DNA of 64,000 nt from Spirochaetaceae bacterium (GCA_965224705.1 OZ245056.1:2784001-2848000), one strand, 5' to 3'; shown: positions 40,853 through 51,455, counted from the first letter of the stretch. Made by a program: numbers and translations. Notes: generated from the sequence alone by a model not told the origin.

Positions 40853-41764
40853 GTGAAAGGAAAAAACATGAACCGCCATTTGTTAAATAGATCATCTTCC
40901 CGCAGGGATTTTTTTCCGGCTATCAACGTCACCATTATGCTTGCCATCTGCTTCATAACTCTCTACCCAATCTGGTATTCGATAGTCATTTCGTTCAATG
41001 ACGGCACCGATGCCCTTATGGGCGGCATATACTGGTGGCCCAGAATTTTCAGTCTGGAAAGCTACAGGGCCATGTTTTCCAACAAGGGCATAATTCAGGC
41101 ATTTCTGATTGCCATTTTCCGCACGGTTGTTGGTACGGGCACCCATATTCTCTTCACGGCCATGGTGGCCTATGCTTTTATGCAGAAACGCCTGATTGGA
41201 CGAAAGATTTTTATGACACTGGGTGTCATTACCATGTTTTTCAATGGGGGACTGATTCCCACGTTTTTGCTGGTTAAGAATTTGGGGCTTATTGACAACC
41301 TTCTGGTCTACATTCTGCCCAGCATGTTCAACTTTTTTCATCTCATAATCTTCCAGGCTTTTTTCCGGGAAATACCCAACAGCCTTGAGGAATCGGCTAA
41401 GATAGACGGGATGAATGACTTCGGCATATTCATCAGGATTATCCTGCCGCTCTCCATGCCGGTTGTGGCCACCATTGCCCTGTTTCAGGGAGTCTGGCAT
41501 TGGAACGACTTTTTTACCGGAGTTATCTACATCAACGATGCGGACCTTCAGCCGGTGGCCACATATCTGTACCGGGTTATAGCCCAGAACCAGTCCAGTC
41601 AGATGATGGTCAACATGCCTGCCGCTGTATCGCGCAGCGCGGTTACTTCGCAGTCCATTAAGATGGCCACAATGGTTGCCGCCACTTTCCCCATCGTTGT
41701 GGTGTATCCCTTCCTGCAGAAGTATTTTGTAAAAGGGATAATGATTGGAGCCGTGAAGGGGTAA
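40853..41764 (+). CDS. Carbohydrate ABC transporter permease (LplC-like)
   Basis: GGLIPTFL, SLEESAKIDG, HWNDFF and YPFLQKYFVKGIMIGAVKG motifs. Confidence 0.93.
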   Translation: MKGKNMNRHLLNRSSSRRDFFPAINVTIMLAICFITLYPIWYSIVISFNDGTDALMGGIYWWPRIFSLESYRAMFSNKGIIQAFLIAIFRTVVGTGTHILFTAMVAYAFMQKRLIGRKIFMTLGVITMFFNGGLIPTFLLVKNLGLIDNLLVYILPSMFNFFHLIIFQAFFREIPNSLEESAKIDGMNDFGIFIRIILPLSMPVVATIALFQGVWHWNDFFTGVIYINDADLQPVATYLYRVIAQNQSSQMMVNMPAAVSRSAVTSQSIKMATMVAATFPIVVVYPFLQKYFVKGIMIGAVKG

Positions 41765-41809
41765 TTTGTGAAAGTATACGGATTGATATTGAAACAAAAG
41801 GAGTAAGCA

Positions 41810-43528
41810 ATGTATCAATTAAATTATTCGAAAACGGATAAACGGAAATCTGGAGGAAAGCAGTGTTCACAGTTTGCAGTTACGTGGGTCAAAGCCCGCT
41901 CTGCTGTGCTGAACTTTGTTTTGATTCTCCTTCTCGCACTCGCGGGTCCGGCCGCGTTGTTTGCCGGTGGAGATTCGGACAACTCTGCGCTGCCGGAAGC
42001 CCCTCCACCCGAGGACCTGGATCCGAATGTTCCGGGCTGGACACTGGATACATCGCCAGTGCGCTTTAGCTGGTACCTGAATTTTTCCTGGTTCCGGGGA
42101 ATCTGGGGTGAAGACCCTGTTTCACGGTATGTGACGGAAAAAACAGGTGTGGACATCGAATTCATTATTCCCGCAGGGAACGAGGCGGACAAGATTAACA
42201 CGATGATTGCATCGGACAGTTTGCCGGATTTTGTGACAGTGGGCTGGTGGGAACCGCAAGTTAAGGAAATCATCGCGGGGGGAATGGCCTTTCCACTGGA
42301 TGAGCTGGCAAAAAACTACGATCCATACTTTTTCAAAGTCTCAGTACCCGCCCGGGTTGGCTGGTACACTCAGGAGGATGGTCATATCTACTGCTATCCC
42401 AACGCGTCCTATACACCGGATGATTATAAGAAACACGATCTCACCTCGTACCAGACCTTTCTGGTCCGCAAGGATATATATGAAGCTATAGGCAAACCTT
42501 CCATGCGTACTCCCGAAGGGTTTTTAAGTGCCCTGGAAAAGGCAAAAGCCATGTTTCCCGAGGTGAGTGGTCAGCCTCTTATTCCGCTTGGACTGAAGGA
42601 ATTTCTTGATACGGGCAATGACTCGCTTGAGTCCTATCTTATGAATTTCCTAGCCATTCCCATGGAGAAGAATGGCAAGCTCTACGACCGCTATGCGGAT
42701 CCGGAATACAAACGCTGGCTCAATGTGTTCCGCCAGGCCCAGGCTAAGGGGCTTATTGTCAGCGATGTGTATCTGGATCGGCGAAGCCAGATGGAAGAAA
42801 AGATTGCCCAGGGCCGCTACTTCGCCATGTTTTATCAGCATACCGACATGATCGACGCCCAGGCCCTTCGCTATGCGGAGGACCCCAACTCCATCTACAT
42901 GGCCGTCGACGGACCGGCCAATGCCCGGATGGATCCGCCGCAGCTTGCGGGGCAGGGCATTGCGGGCTGGACTGTAACCTTTATTTCCAAAAAGGCCAAA
43001 AGACCGGATAGGGCCATACGCTTCATGAGTTACCTGATGAGCGAAGAAGGTCAGCGGGATCTGTATCTGGGAATAAAAGGTTTAACCTGGGATGTCGTTG
43101 ACGGCAAGGAAGGCTTCCTCCCCGAGGTGCAGGAGCTTTTGACTGCCGATAGGACGGCGTTTGACAGGCAGTACGGCGCTTCCGTGAAATACTGGATGCT
43201 CATGGACAACGCCATGTTCGCTCAGTGGGAAGGCGAGCCGGTTAGTCCCTACAAGGAACTCAGTGAATGGACAAAACCCTACACCCGCAGCTATGCGATG
43301 TATGACAACACGGACCCGCAGCCTTTTGAACCCGAAGGGATAATCGGTGCTAAGCTGACGAGCCTGTTTGGGAAATATCTTCCAAAACTGCTCAAGGCCG
43401 AAAGCGAAGCCGAGTACAATGCGTTGTGGGATGAACTGCAAACCGAACGGAAAAAGATTGGATTGGACAAGCTGATGGCCTACAAGCAGGAAAGAATGGA
43501 TGCCAATAAGAAAAAAATGGGCCTTTAA
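41810..43528 (+). CDS. ABC transporter oligosaccharide-binding protein
   Basis: Signal peptide ending ALFAGG, EKTGVDIEF, MIASDSLPD; follows the two permeases. Confidence 0.88.
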   Translation: MYQLNYSKTDKRKSGGKQCSQFAVTWVKARSAVLNFVLILLLALAGPAALFAGGDSDNSALPEAPPPEDLDPNVPGWTLDTSPVRFSWYLNFSWFRGIWGEDPVSRYVTEKTGVDIEFIIPAGNEADKINTMIASDSLPDFVTVGWWEPQVKEIIAGGMAFPLDELAKNYDPYFFKVSVPARVGWYTQEDGHIYCYPNASYTPDDYKKHDLTSYQTFLVRKDIYEAIGKPSMRTPEGFLSALEKAKAMFPEVSGQPLIPLGLKEFLDTGNDSLESYLMNFLAIPMEKNGKLYDRYADPEYKRWLNVFRQAQAKGLIVSDVYLDRRSQMEEKIAQGRYFAMFYQHTDMIDAQALRYAEDPNSIYMAVDGPANARMDPPQLAGQGIAGWTVTFISKKAKRPDRAIRFMSYLMSEEGQRDLYLGIKGLTWDVVDGKEGFLPEVQELLTADRTAFDRQYGASVKYWMLMDNAMFAQWEGEPVSPYKELSEWTKPYTRSYAMYDNTDPQPFEPEGIIGAKLTSLFGKYLPKLLKAESEAEYNALWDELQTERKKIGLDKLMAYKQERMDANKKKMGL

Positions 43529-44408
43529 TAGCCGAATTCCATTCCGGCGCCAGCTTCTCAGCAGATGGTGGAATGCCCGAAAAAACAGGAAAGCGCGAAC
43601 CTTCCATGGCATTGTCATGGTTGGAATGGCACTTACGGTTCTAAGCGCGTGCCCTCTAGGCCCAGATTTCGATAATCTGATCTGGAGCGATGAGTTTAAC
43701 GGCATGTCCATCGATGGGACCAAATGGACCTACGATCTGGGCACGGGCGCGGATAAGGGACTCAATGGCTGGGGTAACAATGAATTGCAGTACTACACCA
43801 ACCGCTCCGAAAATGCCCGTATTGAAGATATTCCCGGCGGCGGACGCGCCCTGGTTATAGAAGCCCTTAAGGAGAGCTACCAGGGCAGCGATTACACCTC
43901 TGCCCGGCTTCTTACCCAGGGTCTCCAGGACTGGACTTACGGACGCATTGAGGCGCGTATAAAACTGCCCATAGGGAAGGGTATATGGCCGGCCTTCTGG
44001 ATGCTGGGAAGCAATATTTCAACAAATCCATGGCCCGAATGCGGGGAAATCGATATTATGGAATACCTTGGGCAGGAGCCGTCCAGAGTTCACGGCACCA
44101 TTCACTATGGCAATCCTCATGCGTATGAGGGAGCTTCATACAATCTGCCAGATGGCAACTTTTCCGACGATTTTCATGTATTCGGCATCGTTTGGAGCAA
44201 GGGTGAAATCCGCTGGACCGTGGATGGGGAAGCCTATCAGGTCAAGCGGGATTGGTCATCTTCCCTTGGTGATTTTCCCGCGCCGTTTGACCGGCCATTC
44301 TTTATATTGCTCAATCTGGCGGTGGGCGGAAACTGGCCGGGATATCCGGATAGCAGTACGACATTCCCGCAGAAGATGTATGTGGATTGGGTGCGGGTTT
44401 ATCAGTAG
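43500..44408 (+). CDS. GH16 endo-beta-1,3-glucanase (laminarinase-type) lipoprotein
   Basis: LSAC lipobox, WSDEFNG, GWGNNELQYY, WPAFWML, GEIDIME and VDWVRVYQ. Confidence 0.93.
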   Translation: MPIRKKWAFNSRIPFRRQLLSRWWNARKNRKARTFHGIVMVGMALTVLSACPLGPDFDNLIWSDEFNGMSIDGTKWTYDLGTGADKGLNGWGNNELQYYTNRSENARIEDIPGGGRALVIEALKESYQGSDYTSARLLTQGLQDWTYGRIEARIKLPIGKGIWPAFWMLGSNISTNPWPECGEIDIMEYLGQEPSRVHGTIHYGNPHAYEGASYNLPDGNFSDDFHVFGIVWSKGEIRWTVDGEAYQVKRDWSSSLGDFPAPFDRPFFILLNLAVGGNWPGYPDSSTTFPQKMYVDWVRVYQ

Positions 44409-44438
44409 CTGACAGGATGCATAACAGGTTATGATTCA

Positions 44439-46037
44439 ATGATTAAAAAATTCGGCGGCAATGCCGTTCTGGCAGGTCTATGTATCCTGCTCTCAGTGGC
44501 GTGTTCATTTTTGCCTTCCGGGGAAGCGGAAAACGATGGTGTCACTCTAACCTATACGGTGACGTACAATGCCAACGGTGCTGACAGCGGTACCCTGTCA
44601 AAATCCACGGAAGTACTGAATTCGGGCGAAACAGTTTCCACTCCACCCACGGGTATCAGCAGAGCCGGATACACACTTTCCGGATGGAACACAAAAGCGG
44701 ATGAAAGCGGTGAAGCGTTTCTATTCGGAACCACAGCGGTAAGCAGCGATTTGACACTTTTCGCCCAATGGGTAAAGATAGCTTCCTTTTCCAGTACCAT
44801 CTTCGACAATGCACTGAAGGATGGTTTTACAGCAAAGATAGAAACCAATAAGGGGACAAGGGACGCAAGTTTGGATACGGCAGTCGATGCCGGTTCCACT
44901 GCGGGCGGGAGTTCCATCAAAATTGACTTGTCGGCAGATAGCAGCTGGGGCGGCGGCTATATCCAGGATTCAAACGGCGTGGACCTATCCGATAGCACGG
45001 AACTTTCATTTGCGCTCAATACGAGTCGGCTGGATACTTCGGTGGACTACATTGAATTCAAACTCGAGGACTCTGATGGCCAGGCGAAATCTGTCAATGT
45101 ATTCGATTTAACACTGTCTGAAACCAATGGTGAATGGAAAACCTATACCGTCGATTTAACCCAGTTTTCCAACCTGAACTTCTCCCGGTTCAAGGCTATT
45201 GGTCTATGGCATCCTAAGGCGGGTGGTTCAGGAGGGGTTTACAGGCCCGGAACCTTTTTCATCGATGATATAGAATTCACCGGCACGGTAACCCCTTCTA
45301 CGAACCTTGTATGGAGCGATGAGTTTAACGGAACGGATATAGACAGGAACAACTGGATTTACGACCTGGGTACGGGCGCGGAGAAGGGACTCAACGGCTG
45401 GGGCAACAATGAGTGGCAGTACTACACCGACCGCCCCGAAAATGCCCGTATTGAGGATGTGCCCGGCGGCGGACGCGCCCTGGTTATAGAAGCCCGTAAG
45501 GAGGGTTATCAGGGCAGCGATTACACCTCTGCCCGGCTTCTTACCCAGGGACTCCGGGACTGGACTTACGGACGCATTGAGGCACGTATAAAACTGCCCA
45601 TCGGGCAGGGAATATGGCCGGCCTTCTGGATGCTGGGAAGCAATATTTCGACAAATCCATGGCCCGAATGCGGGGAAATCGATATTATGGAATACCTTGG
45701 GCATGAGCCGTCCAGAGTTCACGGCACCATTCACTATGGCAGGCCTCATGCGTATGAGGGGGATTCATACAGTCTGCCAGATGGCAATTTTTCCGACGAT
45801 TTTCATGTATTCGGCATAGTTTGGAGCCAGGGTGAAATCCGCTGGACAGTGGATGGGGAAACCTATCTAACCAAGCGGAATTGGTCATCTTCCCTTGATG
45901 ATTTTCCTGCGCCGTTCGACCGGCCATTTTTTATATTGCTTAACCTGGCGGTGGGCGGAACATGGCCGGGGTATCCGGATAGCAGTACCGCATTCCCGCA
46001 GAAGATGTATGTGGACTGGGTTCGGGTTTATCAGTAG
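44439..46037 (+). CDS. Lipoprotein: B-repeat plus CBM-like module plus GH16
   Basis: SVAC lipobox, an LFAQW repeat, the WGGG...WHPKAG module, and a GH16 domain with EIDIME. Confidence 0.92.
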   Translation: MIKKFGGNAVLAGLCILLSVACSFLPSGEAENDGVTLTYTVTYNANGADSGTLSKSTEVLNSGETVSTPPTGISRAGYTLSGWNTKADESGEAFLFGTTAVSSDLTLFAQWVKIASFSSTIFDNALKDGFTAKIETNKGTRDASLDTAVDAGSTAGGSSIKIDLSADSSWGGGYIQDSNGVDLSDSTELSFALNTSRLDTSVDYIEFKLEDSDGQAKSVNVFDLTLSETNGEWKTYTVDLTQFSNLNFSRFKAIGLWHPKAGGSGGVYRPGTFFIDDIEFTGTVTPSTNLVWSDEFNGTDIDRNNWIYDLGTGAEKGLNGWGNNEWQYYTDRPENARIEDVPGGGRALVIEARKEGYQGSDYTSARLLTQGLRDWTYGRIEARIKLPIGQGIWPAFWMLGSNISTNPWPECGEIDIMEYLGHEPSRVHGTIHYGRPHAYEGDSYSLPDGNFSDDFHVFGIVWSQGEIRWTVDGETYLTKRNWSSSLDDFPAPFDRPFFILLNLAVGGTWPGYPDSSTAFPQKMYVDWVRVYQ

Positions 46038-46064
46038 AGATCTCTGACGAAAAACAGGCAGTTT

Positions 46065-49000
46065 ATGAGATATACCATAGAGAATTACCATCTTAAGCCT
46101 CCATTTGCCAGTTTCCTACCCGGTATTGCCGGGCCGGACGGCACGCCAATGTGGTGCTTTTACGTTAACAGAGGACAGGGAGTGGCGAGTTTTGGTCATA
46201 CCGACAAGAATCATCCAATCCTTGAATTCAAACCGGCCGATCAGGCATACCGGGATACAAGCAAGCTGGGGTTTCGTACATTCCTGAAGCAGAACGGAGA
46301 GTTCTGGGAACCCTTTGCCGACGGAATTGACGATTCCACTCCTGTACGGCACCTTTCGGTTGGCTGCTCGGGATTTCATATTATTGAAGACAATGGAAGG
46401 CTCCGAATAAAAGTGAGTTATGCCACCGTACCGGGCGAAATCTATCCAGGCCTTCTGCGGCATCTGGAGATAGTCAATACAACCTCCCGGTCATCGAATC
46501 TTGAACTGCTCGACGGGCTGCCAAGAATAACACCCCGCGGCATCAATGATGCTGCTCTGAAATCCATGAGTTATACTGCAGCAGCCTGGATAGAAACCAG
46601 CCTGACAAGTCCAGAACTGCCTCTCTTTCGTACTCGTGCCAGCATGGAGGATACTGTTGAGATACATCCGGTGGAAGGCTGTCATTTCATGGCGGCTGTT
46701 GCCCGGCTGGGAGGTACCGACAGGGTGCTGCAGCCCCTGGTGGATGCTGAAATGGTTTTTGGAAATAATCTCTCCTTTGATTTTCCAGACCGCTTCCAGA
46801 AGGGCGGACTGGCTGAGGTAAGGGTCAATAAACCGGTACTCCTGGGCCGTTATCCAGCAGCCTTCGCCGGTCTATCAACAACCTTGCAGCCAGATGAAAA
46901 GATTGATCTATACACGATTTACGGATATGCCGCCAATCCCCAAATCACGAAAAACTCCCGGCATGACTGGCAGTCAAGCCGGTGGTTTACGGATAAATTC
47001 GATGAATATGAGAAACGGATCGACGAATGCATCGCACCGTTTCTTATGCATACCGCCATGCCCGGCCTGGACGCCTACACCGCCCAAACTGCTCTGGACA
47101 ACACCCTGCGAGGCGGCAGGCCAATTGTATGGAGTAAGGGCGATACTGCCCGAACCTACTATCTGTACAGCCGCAGGCATGGTGATATGGAGAGGGACTA
47201 TAACGATTTTTCCCTCCTCCCAACCCGATACTCAACAGGATGCGGCAACTACCGGGACATGAATCAGAACCGCCGCATTGACATTACCTTACAGCCTGAG
47301 ATGAACACGGCGGCAATCCGGCAGTTCATGGATCTCATTCAACCCGATGGTTACAATCCCCTGATTGTCGGTGGAGGCGGTTTTCGACTGAATGATGCGG
47401 CCAATGCCGAAATCCTCGACCAGTTTCCCGGCCTGAAAATCCCACAGAACGGCATTTTCACTCCCGCTGATCTTGCCAATGCCAACATTCCTCCGCAGGA
47501 CTTCCCAACCATTCTAAGTGCAGCGGAATATGTTCCCGAGGCCTTTTTCGGTGAGGGGTACTGGGTAGATCACTGGACCTACAATCTTGATCTCATTGAT
47601 CAATACCTGCGAATCTATCCGGATCGGGCAGAAGAACTGCTGTTTGATTGTGCTGATTACCGCTGGTATGAGACTCCCGGGATACGTATTCGTCCATTGG
47701 ATGAACGCTTCAGATACGTCAATGAGAAGATTGCTGCCGAGAGTCATCTGGTGGAAGGAACACATGAAGGCCGGTTCCTTGAGCACCATTCCATCCTGAT
47801 GGAGAAACTCATCACTCTGGCTCTGGTAAAGTGCTCTGCTCTAGGTTATGAGGGGAGGGGCCTGGAGATGGAGGCCGGTCGACCTGGCTGGTATGATGCT
47901 CTCAACGGCCTCCCCGGGCATTTTGGATCTTCCCTGAGTGATGGCGCAGAGCTGCTGCGTCTTTTGCGCATGATACTGTCCCATGCCGGGCATCGCCGGG
48001 AGCAGCCTATTACCTTGTTCAGTGCCGCCTGGACCCTTCTTGATGATTTGAAGGCCATTGCACTGCTCTCAGACCAGCATGAACGCTGGCTGACTCGACG
48101 GCGAGCCTGCGACAGGTACCGGACATCTTTGGCGGCTGGAGGAGTCACCAGAGAACCAGAAGTGAGAAAAGGTTCCCTGGATGAGGTGATGGACTTCCTG
48201 AACACCGAGAAGTGCCGTCTGGGTGAGGCATTAACTGCTGCAGCAGCCGAAAATGACGGACTGTTGCCCACCTATTACCGCTTTGAACCAACATCCTGGA
48301 ATCCCGGGACAAATGGATATGTACTGCCTGGCCGGATGAAACGAAGTACCCTGCCGCTCTTCCTGGAGGGGGTGGTGAAACAGATAAAGATTACCTCATC
48401 ATTGAAAGAGAAGATCCTGATCCATGAAAAGGTGAAAAAAAGTCCCTTATACGATACGAAGATAGGCATGTATGTCCTGAATGTGCCCCTGGATGATCAG
48501 CCTGCTTCTCTGGGACGGGCCATGGCCTTTCCTGGCGGGTGGCTTGAAAATGGTTCGGTATGGCTCCACATGGAATACAAATACCTCCTTGAACTGCTGC
48601 ATATTGGCGATGGAGAACTCTTCTGGACCGAGGCACAGCAGGTTTTGATACCCTTTCTTGATACCGGGCGCTATGGCCGCAGCCCGTATGAAAACAGTTC
48701 CTTCATCGCTTCCAGCTGCTACCCAGTGGAGGAATTTCATGGGCGCGGTTTCATTGGACGCCTCTCCGGTGCGACGGCGGAATATCTCACGATGTGGTCG
48801 GAATTCATCCTTGGTCGGCGGCCCATCGTCATGGAATCGGGTCAAACTGTGTTTCGGCCTGCACCTCTTCTACCCGCTGCCCTGTTTCGAGGGGATAACT
48901 GTCTGGAATTCATGCTGTTCAGTACCGTGCATGTGTGCTATGAGAATCCTGACAGGATAGATCTTTTTGAAGGGAAGTACTGTATTAATTCAATAAGCAT

Positions 49001-49136
49001 AACAGAAAATGATACGACTCGGCAGTATGCGGATTGCCTGCCGACCGATGAACTGGAGAATTTGAGGCAGGGCAAAATCTCCAGTATGCGTGTAGTATTC
49101 TTCCGCATGCAAGGCGTCAGTCCGACAGACTCCTAA
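46065..49136 (+). CDS. GH161-like beta-1,3-glucan phosphorylase
   Basis: FASFLPGIAG...PMWCFYVNRGQG, YSRRHGDMERDYN, GEGYWVDHWTY, PGWYDALNGLPG, GWLENGSVWLHMEYKY and RLSGATAE. Confidence 0.8.
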   Translation: MRYTIENYHLKPPFASFLPGIAGPDGTPMWCFYVNRGQGVASFGHTDKNHPILEFKPADQAYRDTSKLGFRTFLKQNGEFWEPFADGIDDSTPVRHLSVGCSGFHIIEDNGRLRIKVSYATVPGEIYPGLLRHLEIVNTTSRSSNLELLDGLPRITPRGINDAALKSMSYTAAAWIETSLTSPELPLFRTRASMEDTVEIHPVEGCHFMAAVARLGGTDRVLQPLVDAEMVFGNNLSFDFPDRFQKGGLAEVRVNKPVLLGRYPAAFAGLSTTLQPDEKIDLYTIYGYAANPQITKNSRHDWQSSRWFTDKFDEYEKRIDECIAPFLMHTAMPGLDAYTAQTALDNTLRGGRPIVWSKGDTARTYYLYSRRHGDMERDYNDFSLLPTRYSTGCGNYRDMNQNRRIDITLQPEMNTAAIRQFMDLIQPDGYNPLIVGGGGFRLNDAANAEILDQFPGLKIPQNGIFTPADLANANIPPQDFPTILSAAEYVPEAFFGEGYWVDHWTYNLDLIDQYLRIYPDRAEELLFDCADYRWYETPGIRIRPLDERFRYVNEKIAAESHLVEGTHEGRFLEHHSILMEKLITLALVKCSALGYEGRGLEMEAGRPGWYDALNGLPGHFGSSLSDGAELLRLLRMILSHAGHRREQPITLFSAAWTLLDDLKAIALLSDQHERWLTRRRACDRYRTSLAAGGVTREPEVRKGSLDEVMDFLNTEKCRLGEALTAAAAENDGLLPTYYRFEPTSWNPGTNGYVLPGRMKRSTLPLFLEGVVKQIKITSSLKEKILIHEKVKKSPLYDTKIGMYVLNVPLDDQPASLGRAMAFPGGWLENGSVWLHMEYKYLLELLHIGDGELFWTEAQQVLIPFLDTGRYGRSPYENSSFIASSCYPVEEFHGRGFIGRLSGATAEYLTMWSEFILGRRPIVMESGQTVFRPAPLLPAALFRGDNCLEFMLFSTVHVCYENPDRIDLFEGKYCINSISITENDTTRQYADCLPTDELENLRQGKISSMRVVFFRMQGVSPTDS

Positions 49137-50833
49137 CTAAAATTATACTCCGTTACTATGGGTTCCCGATTCTGCACTCTGTCATGAAAGTACTCAAAGA
49201 ACGACAATCCCAGGAAGCCAGCCGCAATGTTGTATGCGTCAATTCCATAATGCCTCAGCAATTTCACCGCATTGTAACTGCGCTGCCCGCTCCGGCAGTG
49301 AACATACACCGTCTTGACTCTGGAAAATTCTCCAATGCGTTGACGTATTTCGCTTAGCGGAATGTTCACAGCTTTTTTTATGTGACCAGATTCCCACTCA
49401 TGTTTTTCGCGGACATCCACGATAACAGCACCGTCGGCGACCAGATCGCGTACCTGACTGCAATCGACCTGACGGAAGTCTCCGGCCAACAGGTTGGAAG
49501 CAACATATCCGGCCATATTGGTAATGTCTTTGACTGTGGAAAATGGCGGTGCATAGGTCAGTTCCAGATCCTGCAGGTCGTGAATTGTTCCATTCATTTT
49601 TATAAGCGTGGCGATTACATCTATACGCTTGGTGACTTCACACTTCCCAATGGCCTGAGCACCCAGAATTTTTCCAGACGGTCTTTCGTAGAGGAGTTTG
49701 AAATGCAGGGGCTGTGAACCGGGCATTATGCTCACCTTATCCTGGGGGATGATTTTGACAACGGAATACTGGAGATTGGGGAGATCTTTTTTCAGGAAAT
49801 TCTCTGTTAGTCCGGTGCAGGCGACATTGTAGTCAAAGATCTGGATGCAGAATGAATGAATAAATCCATTGTTGGTGACTTTCCGTCCATAAATGTGATT
49901 GGCCACATTGCGGGCTGCTTTCTGCGCAGGTCCGGCCAGGGGCAGTCTGATATATCTGTGCAAAATCCGGGAATAGACCTCAACCGCATCACCTGCCGCA
50001 TATATACAGGGATCGTTTGTAAGGCCATTGGAATCCACCCGGATGGCACCGGATTCTCCAATTTCAATACCGGCTTTTTCGGCAAATTCTATAGCCGGTT
50101 TAACACCCGCCGCCAGAACCAGGGCATCGGCGGGTATGCGTTTACCATTCGAAAGCTCCAGCATACCAGTGGAAATTCTTTCCAGTCTGGTACCCAGATG
50201 CATGTCTATGTCCCTGTCCAGCAGCTCTTTGTGTAGAATCTGCACCATATCGGCATCAAGAAGAGGCAGAACATCATCTAAAACCTCTATAAGGGAAACG
50301 TTGAATCCGGCTTTCTTAAGATTTTCAACTACTTCCAGGCCGATAAAACCGGCACCAAGTACGGCAATGTTTTTGACATTGTTGCCGGGTTCCTGAATGT
50401 ATTCATGCAAAGAAGCTGTAGTGACAACATTTTTTACTACGAAGTGAGGAATGGTATCCAGGCCGGGAATGGGAGGAACAACCACATCGGCACCGGGGGT
50501 CAGAATCAGATAATCATAGGCTTCTTCATACTCACTCCGATCTCCGGATTTCACCCTGACTTTTTTGTTTTTCCGGTCAATCTCCACAACCTCACTGTTG
50601 ACCCGGGCATCAATATTGTACCGATTCTTGAAAGTGGCCGGGGTCATCAGAACAAGTTTGTCTTTATGCGGAACATCCCCCGATAACAGATACGGCAGAC
50701 CGCAGTTAGAAAAAGATACATGATTGTCCCGTTCAAAGACAACAATCACAGCTTCCTCATCCAATCGCCTCAATCGGGCGGCGGTGGAAGCTCCGCCAGC
50801 TACTCCGCCCACAATAACATATTTTTTAGCCAT
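49133..50833 (-). CDS. CoA-disulfide reductase-like flavoprotein with C-terminal rhodanese domain
   Basis: IVGGVAGG, SFSNCGLPY, GAGFIGLE, AAGDA, YAPPF, DVRE..EW..GHI and HCRSGQRS. Confidence 0.92.
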   Translation of the reverse strand: MAKKYVIVGGVAGGASTAARLRRLDEEAVIVVFERDNHVSFSNCGLPYLLSGDVPHKDKLVLMTPATFKNRYNIDARVNSEVVEIDRKNKKVRVKSGDRSEYEEAYDYLILTPGADVVVPPIPGLDTIPHFVVKNVVTTASLHEYIQEPGNNVKNIAVLGAGFIGLEVVENLKKAGFNVSLIEVLDDVLPLLDADMVQILHKELLDRDIDMHLGTRLERISTGMLELSNGKRIPADALVLAAGVKPAIEFAEKAGIEIGESGAIRVDSNGLTNDPCIYAAGDAVEVYSRILHRYIRLPLAGPAQKAARNVANHIYGRKVTNNGFIHSFCIQIFDYNVACTGLTENFLKKDLPNLQYSVVKIIPQDKVSIMPGSQPLHFKLLYERPSGKILGAQAIGKCEVTKRIDVIATLIKMNGTIHDLQDLELTYAPPFSTVKDITNMAGYVASNLLAGDFRQVDCSQVRDLVADGAVIVDVREKHEWESGHIKKAVNIPLSEIRQRIGEFSRVKTVYVHCRSGQRSYNAVKLLRHYGIDAYNIAAGFLGLSFFEYFHDRVQNREPIVTEYNFS

Positions 50834-51294
50834 ACACCTTCCTCAGAATGAATTGTATTGATCCGTTTTATGCGAATCAGCAATCTGTCCTTACGACACG
50901 CAGGCAGGGAAAGATGTCCGGATAGTCCGAATCCGATTCGCCGGACAGATTGTGTCATGGTAACGTTTTTGTAGTTTTTCTTCAATGGTATTTCTTTGAA
51001 ATTAATATAAGTTAACTTTTATGCTCTCCAGGTGTCAGGAAGCTTGTAGATGTTTGCCTGCATTGTATTTGGGGAAGGTGAAGTTTTTTGCTTGATATAG
51101 CTGTTCTTATACTGTTAATGGTCATAATTTGCTGCAAAATCGCTTTGAGCTTTGAAAACTCATGCCGATCGAAATCATTTGTAATTGCTTTACTCATAAT
51201 ATATTATATTTTTAAGACTGTCTCCATTTCATCTCTACAAGCTTTCGAACACTCAAAGCGGTTTTTGTCGGGTAATTAAATACATCGATTTCAG

Positions 51295-51455
51295 GAGTCT
51301 GTCGGACTTTAAGGATTCAAGGCGATTTTTGATGATTTTTTCCCGATACAAGGCGGCAAAAGCGGAGCGTAGCTGGGCTCCGTGAGCATTTTGACAACGC
51401 GGTAGCGGGAAAAAAGGGAAAAAAACGAGCCGTGAGGCGTAAGTCCAACAGGCTC
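51295..51455 (+). mobile_element. MITE copy C (161 bp)
   Basis: GAGTCTGTCGGACTT...AAGTCCAACAGGCTC; flanks TCAG and CTGG. Confidence 0.85.

Noticed and set aside
43676..46037. TR/VR pair of a DGR
   Set aside because: The differences I compared are not adenine-specific, and both copies are full coding domains.
51012..51290. Possible MarR-like C-terminal remnant truncated by MITE C
   Set aside because: Only a vague helical resemblance, with in-frame stops and no HTH visible.
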